A stretch of DNA of 64,000 bases from a virus, in the IMG/VR virus record IMGVR_UViG_3300045988_136221, positions 89,223 to 153,222 of that record. One strand, 5' to 3'. The stretch's first letter is position 1, and each line of letters opens with the position of its first letter. The notes beneath the pieces were generated by a model. The model had not been told where the DNA came from. It worked only from the letters and a program-made list of their open reading frames with translations, and did no database searches. Made by a program: the position numbers and the translations under genes. Below are positions 57,563 to 64,000 of the stretch, piece by piece.

Positions 57563-57852
57563 TTTTAATGTTTATTCAACATAAGTCAGGAATATTTCAT
57601 CCTGTTAGTACCCATCGCCAATGTTATAAGAGGTTTTGATGCAAGCAACACTGTTTCGCAAATACACTACTCCTGTTTAATCGCTTGCCTTAGAGCTACG
57701 GACTTGGGCAAACATCCGTAGGTAACTATCTATTCTCAAATAACGTAGCCTTCGTTTCAAGGCTTAGGCTAATATCCGGACCATTTATGGTACATTAAAA
57801 CCTTATAATGAAATTATATTGTTTTAATGTTATTTCGGATATACAAACAAAC
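57563..57852 (-). ncRNA. putative IscB omegaRNA region (5' of iscB)
   Basis: 290-bp ORF-free region immediately upstream of iscB with several stem-loops (e.g. ctacgga..tccgtag; agcctt..aaggct). By established IscB biology the omegaRNA is encoded directly upstream of the ORF. Ends not determinable by eye. Confidence 0.45.
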
Positions 57853-58620
57853 TCATCCCGCAATCTCCCAGTCATTAGACATAATATCATGTTCGGTTGG
57901 ATTCCAATTTGATGCTACTTTTTGACCTGTATCTACCATCAATATATTTACGTCAGATTCTGCAATAAACATACAGATATACTTTTTACCCCAATCGATT
58001 CTTTTTATCTTACGACCTAATTTAAGCTGTTCTAAAGCCTTTTCGAATGTCATGCCATGACGAGGCAGTTTGAGATACTTTTCAAGTCTGTCGGCGGCTT
58101 CATTTGGTGTATGGCCATCATATTCGAAAGCGGTTTCTCTTTCAGGAACATCAAACAAATCCCAGTATTTGCTTTTATAGTGATTAGATACCTGACCGGT
58201 AGGCAGGATCGCCATCACAATAAACCAGTCATCAGAACCGAAGCATTTTTCTCCGTCGCTGTGTCTCCTTGATTTGCAAACTTCAACCTGTCCGTTTCTG
58301 GCTAATAGATTAAAGAAGGCAGCGTTATACAACATGCGGTACCGATACAATTCATTGAAAGTATGGTATCCGTCAGAAACTTCTCCCATGTCTCCTGGTT
58401 CTGCTTCAGGTTTAGGATGATTAGGATAATAGTAGTCCACTGATGCTTCTAACACAGACTTGATGTGTTCTACTATCCTCGTAGCATCATCATGTCTTAA
58501 GAAATACTTGAATCCTTCAACGAATTTAATATCTTCATTGATTGTTGATTCGAACTCTTCTTTTGTCATCACTCCAATTACATCTTTTTTAAAATCGTCT
58601 AATCCCATAATTTGTTTCAA
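57853..58620 (-). CDS. two-domain protein with C-terminal DUF2829 (Tad2-like) domain
   Basis: C-terminal ~65 aa MTFEKALEQLKLGRKIKRIDWGKKY...HDIMSNDWEIAG matches my recollection of the DUF2829 pattern (M.FeeAl..lK.GkkvrR.gW ... DWEiv), the family of Thoeris anti-defence Tad2. N-terminal 190 aa unknown. Confidence 0.5.
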   Translation of the reverse strand: MKQIMGLDDFKKDVIGVMTKEEFESTINEDIKFVEGFKYFLRHDDATRIVEHIKSVLEASVDYYYPNHPKPEAEPGDMGEVSDGYHTFNELYRYRMLYNAAFFNLLARNGQVEVCKSRRHSDGEKCFGSDDWFIVMAILPTGQVSNHYKSKYWDLFDVPERETAFEYDGHTPNEAADRLEKYLKLPRHGMTFEKALEQLKLGRKIKRIDWGKKYICMFIAESDVNILMVDTGQKVASNWNPTEHDIMSNDWEIAG

Positions 58621-58631
58621 ATTAATTGTTA

Positions 58632-59264
58632 CTATACTTTCTTTATCCTACAATACAAATCCCATAAGAACTTAGCAGAAAAAACATCCCATACATTATT
58701 CTTCTGCAAAAGATCTACTTTGTTAGCAAACCAAGACCATATGGGACCATCATATGAAGAATCAGATGATTTCCCCAATCCAATTTTCTCCATTTCATTC
58801 GCCACATCAGAATAAGGATCGAGCTCGACTCCCCTAATCATGTTAATAACATCATCCTTATCTAACGTAAATTGAAACTGCTCCTTATTAGACAGATCTT
58901 GATTTATTTTGCCCGTTACAAACCACTCTTTATCATAATATAGCTTAATAAGCTTCTTTACTTTCTTTTCAAGAAAAGGAAACTCTTGTATGACTTCCAT
59001 AAAATTAGATTCGTCGGCTTTGCCTTCTATGAAGATAACAGTTTTGCTTCCAGGTCTATGATCGTCTAAGCTTGCCGGGATGCCAAATATCGTCCATCCT
59101 TTAAACTCAGCTATCTTAAAACGCATAACGTCAAACACATTATAGAAATCATCACAATCTATAGATTCTATTACCTTAACATCCTCTTCCGTAAATTTAC
59201 CTCGTATTGGAATAACGTGATGACCAGGGCAGCCATCGGTTCCGAAATATGCGATTCTAACCAT
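58632..59264 (-). CDS. hypothetical protein (210 aa)
   Basis: ORF track. Confidence 0.5.
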   Translation of the reverse strand: MVRIAYFGTDGCPGHHVIPIRGKFTEEDVKVIESIDCDDFYNVFDVMRFKIAEFKGWTIFGIPASLDDHRPGSKTVIFIEGKADESNFMEVIQEFPFLEKKVKKLIKLYYDKEWFVTGKINQDLSNKEQFQFTLDKDDVINMIRGVELDPYSDVANEMEKIGLGKSSDSSYDGPIWSWFANKVDLLQKNNVWDVFSAKFLWDLYCRIKKV

Positions 59265-59323
59265 ATTATCTATAATATTTTAGTTGTTATGAAATCCTAT
59301 ATTTACTTACATCATCGCATAAG

Positions 59324-59569
59324 TTACACCCTCCTGTACATCCACAAACCGAACAAAACAATTATCCAGAGCCACCAACCGTTAGCCCCACCGAAACCGT
59401 CCTGGTTGTTACGACCGTTCATCAAAGCCGCTACCAGATTCGGATCCATTTTATTACCACCTATTAAATTAGCAAACATGCCGGGAATCATTGAAAGAAG
59501 ACCGTTAGCAGCTGCACCACCACCGTTAGCCCCAGCTCCATCTAAAAGGACGATTTTATCACCACCCAT
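59324..59569 (-). CDS. Gly-rich small protein with C-terminal TM anchor (81 aa)
   Basis: ORF track; GAGANGGGAAANG low-complexity plus WWLWIIVLFGLWMY hydrophobic tail. Confidence 0.45.
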   Translation of the reverse strand: MGGDKIVLLDGAGANGGGAAANGLLSMIPGMFANLIGGNKMDPNLVAALMNGRNNQDGFGGANGWWLWIIVLFGLWMYRRV

Positions 59570-60313
59570 AATTTATAGTATTTAATTGTTAAACATACGT
59601 GCATGAAGCACGTAACAAAGATCATGATTGTAGGGTGGAATACGGGTGTGTTTATTTCCTATAGAAGAGAAATATTTTCAGCAAAAACAGAAGAATAATA
59701 CACAATGATCAATTTTCCCTCATTCAATTGGTAAAATTGATAATCAACAACTTACGCTTTTCCCATTTTGGGTAAAGCGCTATAAAACAAACCAGGACCC
59801 GCATCACTGCGAGCCCTGATCTAAACTAATACCATGAAAAAAACTTAAATCTAAAAACTAAAGAATACACAAATGTATGAAAATGTACGCTTTTCACAAA
59901 GAATCTGTATCCTGTTCTTTTGTGTGATTCAAGACATGGGATATAGTTCTGATACTTAATCCGGTTTGATTTCATATCAGATTATAAATATAGGATTTTG
60001 AAACTACAGTTCTTAATTGACCTAAATCATTCATAATGTCTTTATACATAAGATGAATGCTGTTGTTACGTTTGATGGTACTGATTCTCATTTCCTACCG
60101 TTATTAGTTACGTTCCGTTCTTACTTTTTCCCTTTTTCTATAATCCCTTCCTGAAACTAATATTGCAAACTTAATAAAAATAATCCAAAAACAACGAAAG
60201 TCTGACTTTTCTTGTATGTTGCTGATATATGTGTATATATAAGAAAAGTGAGACTTTCACAAGCCTCACTTCCCAAATTATAACTATGAAAAAACTATAT
60301 ATATGTACAAAAA

Positions 60314-62593
60314 TTATTTACATTCTAATTTGTTAAGATCATCCAATTCAGACTTGCTTACGGTCATGTCTTGCGTCAGGCCGGATCTGTTTTGGTATGG
60401 AGCGTAATCAGTTTCTACTGTCTTAGCCTTCTGGGTAGAATCGTATTTCACCTCCGATTCGGTTCCTGTCAGATTTTGGTAGATAGATCCGGAACTGCTT
60501 TCGCTTACTTTAGACCAGATATTGTTCCCTACTCTTATAAAATTATCATAAATACCTTCGGCTGTTATAACACCATTTTGCTCTACAATATTAGAGCCCG
60601 ATTTTTCTTTTAACAAATACGGGTGCCTGGTATAAAAATAGTGTTCAAAATCATTCCCAGCATACGAAGAGTCATACCTCTCCAAATAAAACAATTTTGA
60701 TAAAGAAAGGTCGGTGCTGGTCATGCTATAATCAAACAACATCGACCGATCTTTTCCAGATAAAGATAATTCTATTGATTTCAAAATATCAGGATCATCA
60801 GAAATAAGACCCAAAGATGGACCAGGTTTGAAGTCAAGATACTTATAAGCATTATCATATAATTTTGTTTTATGGAGTTTGTTGTCAAGGTAAGATTGGT
60901 ATAAATCGAATAAGGATAACGGGTTTTCGCTATCTTGTTTTTCGTTCATGTATCGACGATACTCCCGATCCACATCCACGTAAGAAATGTCAAGTACCGC
61001 CGGGTGCCCAAACGCCATCCTGGTCATTATCATGTCCTCCGTGTTCTGAGAATCCATGAACGATCTGACGTATTTTTTAATGGAAGCCATGAGCGTATTA
61101 TTATCTACGTTCCGTACTTTCTCTTTATCCAAAACGCCGTTCTTAAAACAAGATTCAGGATATATTTTAGTAGAAAAATGAGTTAGGTTGTGCTTGGCTA
61201 ACACTGTTGATATTTGATACATCTCGTTAAGATCATCTTTGCTGATCCTTTGATATAGATTATCTCCCACCTTAAGCAATGAGTGCTTCTCGAATGCTTC
61301 TACTGGATCTATATCAGATTCAGAATAAACGATATTCAAATTATCCATATTCTCTGGTAACGATCCAAAATAATAATCTGTACTATCACCAAGAACATCG
61401 TCTATAGAAGATGCCAGCGTAGGAGCATAATTCACATCATTGTGCCTGGCCACATAAATATCAAGATCCAGCATCAAATTATCTATCTTAGCCAAAGATT
61501 CTTCTGTACCATCATAAGTCTCTGACGCCCCTATTATATCTATGCCAAACCACGTACAAGCCTCTTCTATATCCCATATCATGCTTCTTAAATCAGATTC
61601 GGTGTCAGCGTTAGCCCTATTTAAATAAGCTGATATACGAGCTCTTAAAAATTCTATTTTACCGGGATTATAATAAGACAGGTCTTGTAGCTTAGATAAA
61701 GACCTTTTCTTTCCTTCTACCACATCATCGCCTTCTATGTTTATTACCGGCATCTTTTCCATAGATGAAAACTCATCAAACATAGATTCAGCAAATTTTT
61801 TATCAGAAACAAATTTCTCGACCAGCTCAGGATACAGGTTCCTCAACGATTCAAAAGCAGATGAAGATTCAGAAAAGTTTTTTATGCCGCCTACTGTTTT
61901 GCACATAGCCCAATAAAGCTCAGAAGGATTATATGGTACTTTTTTACCAAATTGGTTAAACACTCCCTCCTTGTAAACAATAGGACCATACTGATAGTCA
62001 ATAGACATAAAATAATTATCTTTTTCCCTATCATGTTCGTTATTGGAATAATCCAATAGCTTCCTCATGGATGTCGAAACTTCATTAAGAACAGAAGGAT
62101 CAGATAAGATTCTACTTATCTCTGTTTCATTATACAAGCCTGATCTTCTTAAATTCTGCTCATTCAGTATCAAACTACCATCTACATAAAAATAATGAAG
62201 AATGATGTTGGATAATGATGGTGCCGTATAAACACCATAGGTAGATAAAAGAAAATCTCTTACATCCTTAACATCCTGAGCCGTTAGAGGATCGGCAAAA
62301 TAAGTTTGACGCTTCATATACGACAGTACGTCATCCAAAAGAGGTTCGCCATTGGAGTCTGTATTAAACATCTCCCCAGGGGCAGGGTTATTCCAATAAC
62401 CGTAATACGATAAAAAATCAGGAGTGTAAACCTTCGCCCATACCTGAAGAGCCCGCTCGCTATCTCCCAATACTTTTAATGCACTTTCATATAGAACGGA
62501 AGGCTCCCCGTTAGGAGCCTCAACCCGTTCTATTTTATTTCCCTTCTTTTCTATCTGACATTTGACACCCATAATGATAAATATTTTAGACAA
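60314..62593 (-). CDS. large hypothetical protein (759 aa), virion-block
   Basis: ORF track; no motif recognised. Confidence 0.6.
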   Translation of the reverse strand: MSKIFIIMGVKCQIEKKGNKIERVEAPNGEPSVLYESALKVLGDSERALQVWAKVYTPDFLSYYGYWNNPAPGEMFNTDSNGEPLLDDVLSYMKRQTYFADPLTAQDVKDVRDFLLSTYGVYTAPSLSNIILHYFYVDGSLILNEQNLRRSGLYNETEISRILSDPSVLNEVSTSMRKLLDYSNNEHDREKDNYFMSIDYQYGPIVYKEGVFNQFGKKVPYNPSELYWAMCKTVGGIKNFSESSSAFESLRNLYPELVEKFVSDKKFAESMFDEFSSMEKMPVINIEGDDVVEGKKRSLSKLQDLSYYNPGKIEFLRARISAYLNRANADTESDLRSMIWDIEEACTWFGIDIIGASETYDGTEESLAKIDNLMLDLDIYVARHNDVNYAPTLASSIDDVLGDSTDYYFGSLPENMDNLNIVYSESDIDPVEAFEKHSLLKVGDNLYQRISKDDLNEMYQISTVLAKHNLTHFSTKIYPESCFKNGVLDKEKVRNVDNNTLMASIKKYVRSFMDSQNTEDMIMTRMAFGHPAVLDISYVDVDREYRRYMNEKQDSENPLSLFDLYQSYLDNKLHKTKLYDNAYKYLDFKPGPSLGLISDDPDILKSIELSLSGKDRSMLFDYSMTSTDLSLSKLFYLERYDSSYAGNDFEHYFYTRHPYLLKEKSGSNIVEQNGVITAEGIYDNFIRVGNNIWSKVSESSSGSIYQNLTGTESEVKYDSTQKAKTVETDYAPYQNRSGLTQDMTVSKSELDDLNKLECK

Positions 62594-62613
62594 AGATATT
62601 ATAAAAATAGAAA

Positions 62614-62985
62614 TTATGAAACTTCTATTTCATAATGCGAAGCCTCTGTTTCAACTATCAATCTTCCCTCTCCTTCGAACTCAACACTGTCATTTCCCGG
62701 ACCAGTAACAAAAGGGAAATCAGATACGGATGTTACATAATCTCCAGAACCACCGGAAAAAGACTGACTTTTACTTTGTTTGTAATTGATAGTCAATTGT
62801 GTTTTACCTGGCTGAAGAGTTCCAGATAAATTTTTAGTATAAGTGGTGGTAGTCGTAATATTCCCATTTTTATAGCAATACATTATAAAGGTAGTAACCG
62901 GACTCTTTTTAATATTACTATCTGGACCTTCATGTTGACATACTCCCATCGCTAAAGCAAATGGGATTCTTGGATACAAACGCAA
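62614..62985 (-). CDS. hypothetical protein (123 aa); annotated N-terminus runs into TnpB element right end
   Basis: ORF track; first ~20 codons lie inside the sequence shared with the other IS copy (from 62925), so true start may be an internal Met. Confidence 0.4.
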   Translation of the reverse strand: MRLYPRIPFALAMGVCQHEGPDSNIKKSPVTTFIMYCYKNGNITTTTTYTKNLSGTLQPGKTQLTINYKQSKSQSFSGGSGDYVTSVSDFPFVTGPGNDSVEFEGEGRLIVETEASHYEIEVS

Positions 62986-64000
62986 GAAACCCCGATGTTG
63001 CTATCGTTGGAATTACTCTTGCTTTCCAATTCGGAAATGCCCTTCCGAAGTATATTACAGGCTGCAAGAACATCACGGTCGTTAATTGCACCGCACGCCG
63101 GGCACACCCACGTGCGGTCGCGTAACGACAATCCTTTATTAATGCAGCCACATTCACAAGTTTTGGAAGAAGGATACCATTTGTCAATCTTGTGTATCGT
63201 TACTCCATACTTTGAAGCAACATACGTAAGTTTGTTAATAAAAGAAGAATGACTGAGGTCAGAAACTTTCTTTCCCCACAAACGTTTCATTCCTTCAATG
63301 TTTAGATCTTCAATGAAAATATAATCATACTGTTTGCATAACTGGTGTGCTAATCCCCATTGAAAATCCGATCGAAGATCGTTTATTTTACGATACGCTT
63401 GTTGTAGTTCAAACAGTCTCCTTCTTCTATTGTTGGATCCTTTAACAGATTTAGAAATCCTTTTATTGCATTTCTTGATCTTGTTTTGATATTGTTTGAA
63501 GAATAGAGGAGAATTAATTTTGCTACCATCACTTTTAGTTAGATAAGTTTTCAGACCAAAATCCAATCCGATAGATGCACCATCATGTGTCTTTCTATAA
63601 GAGTTTGAAGGATTATGGTCTGTAATTATAATCAAACTAAAACGTGAACAGGTTTCTCTAACTATTCTAATTTGCTTAACATTACCTTCATAAGGTCTAC
63701 TGTATGAGAATCTAAATCGTTTCTTTCCTTTGTTAATTGTTAGACAATTACCATTCAGGGTAAAACCTCCTTGTTTGAATACAAAAGAATTGAATTTCTC
63801 CGGTGATTTAAACTTAGGAGGTCGTTTAGCCAACTTCTTAAAGAAACGATTATAAGATTCATCAAGACGTTCAAGTATTTCTTGTGTTGTTTGGGAATGA
63901 AGAAGATTTCTTTTAATTCTTTTGGCAAAATACTTCTTCATTTTGCCAACTGGTATGTATTTTCCAAACAGTTTGTAATATCTACGTTGTAGGGATAAAG
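62925..64000 (-). mobile_element. IS200/IS605-family (tnpB-only) element, copy 2 (runs off window end)
   Basis: ~90% identical by eye to 10700-11780 including antisense frames. Diverged, not an exact duplicate. Confidence 0.55.
62952..64000 (-). CDS. tnpB: TnpB, second copy (5' end beyond window)
   Basis: Protein nearly identical to copy 1 through the RuvC and zinc-finger region (…WVCPACGAINDRDVLAACNILRKG…), divergent C-terminal tail. Reading frame still open at position 64000. Confidence 0.8.
   Translation of the reverse strand, partial: LSLQRRYYKLFGKYIPVGKMKKYFAKRIKRNLLHSQTTQEILERLDESYNRFFKKLAKRPPKFKSPEKFNSFVFKQGGFTLNGNCLTINKGKKRFRFSYSRPYEGNVKQIRIVRETCSRFSLIIITDHNPSNSYRKTHDGASIGLDFGLKTYLTKSDGSKINSPLFFKQYQNKIKKCNKRISKSVKGSNNRRRRLFELQQAYRKINDLRSDFQWGLAHQLCKQYDYIFIEDLNIEGMKRLWGKKVSDLSHSSFINKLTYVASKYGVTIHKIDKWYPSSKTCECGCINKGLSLRDRTWVCPACGAINDRDVLAACNILRKGISELESKSNSNDSNIGVSCVCIQESHLL

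Noticed and set aside
1-64000. crAss-like / Bacteroidota-phage assignment (suggested by giant ORF, intein helicase, TnpB abundance)
   Set aside because: Many genes have canonical AGGAGG Shine-Dalgarno sequences at correct spacing, which Bacteroidota generally do not use. No -7 TAnnTTTG-type promoter pattern was evident. Host more likely an SD-using, AT-rich lineage.
1-64000. Reverse transcriptase, retron or diversity-generating retroelement
   Set aside because: Scanned translated ORFs for YxDD-type RT motifs and found none. No template/variable repeat pair noticed.
10700-64000. The two TnpB regions as an assembly artefact or terminal redundancy
   Set aside because: Numerous scattered substitutions and a divergent C-terminal tail and flanks show two independent, diverged copies rather than an exact repeat.

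Overview
The window is gene-dense and AT-rich by eye, and reads as part of a tailed-phage (Caudoviricetes-like) genome.

- **Plus-strand block (146–46731):** about 85 small, tightly coupled co-directional genes with early, replication and nucleotide-metabolism character. Recognisable products are a DHH/DHHA1 phosphoesterase, a Zn-ribbon primase-like protein, a DnaB-like SF4 helicase, a DExH SF2 helicase split by a LAGLIDADG intein, two PD-(D/E)xK nucleases (one Cas4-like with a Fe-S cysteine cluster), an HNH+AP2 homing-endonuclease-like fusion, a Pol-beta-type nucleotidyltransferase next to an ABC/RecF-like ATPase, and an NfeD–flotillin (SPFH) membrane pair.
- **Convergence point:** this block meets the other at a perfect 17-bp-stem bidirectional terminator (46743–46789).
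- **Minus-strand block (46793–62593):** a 2138-aa giant ORF, a 759-aa ORF and other presumably virion genes.
- **OMEGA-type RNA-guided nucleases:** IscB (56330–57562, with an upstream structured region likely encoding its omegaRNA) and two diverged TnpB/IS605-family copies (10717–11856 and 62952 to beyond 64000).
- **Host inference:** strong Shine-Dalgarno sequences (AGGAGG) precede many genes, so a Bacteroidota host or crAss-like assignment is unlikely. A Firmicutes-like host is more plausible.
- **Unexplained non-coding structure:** a perfect 50-bp x ~8 tandem array carrying a GTTTTAAAAC palindrome (3787–4190); a family of intergenic hairpins with a conserved loop (..GTGARGATAGG..); a GGTTCGATTCYGG 'T-loop-like' box at a fixed ~45 nt upstream of three start codons; and a 650-bp regulatory-looking region (1106–1759) with G-rich repeats, twin AAACGCGTTT palindromes and TGATWATCA motifs.

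No rRNA, canonical tRNA or CRISPR array could be supported by eye. All domain calls are from motif recognition in the translated ORFs only; nothing was searched or computed.
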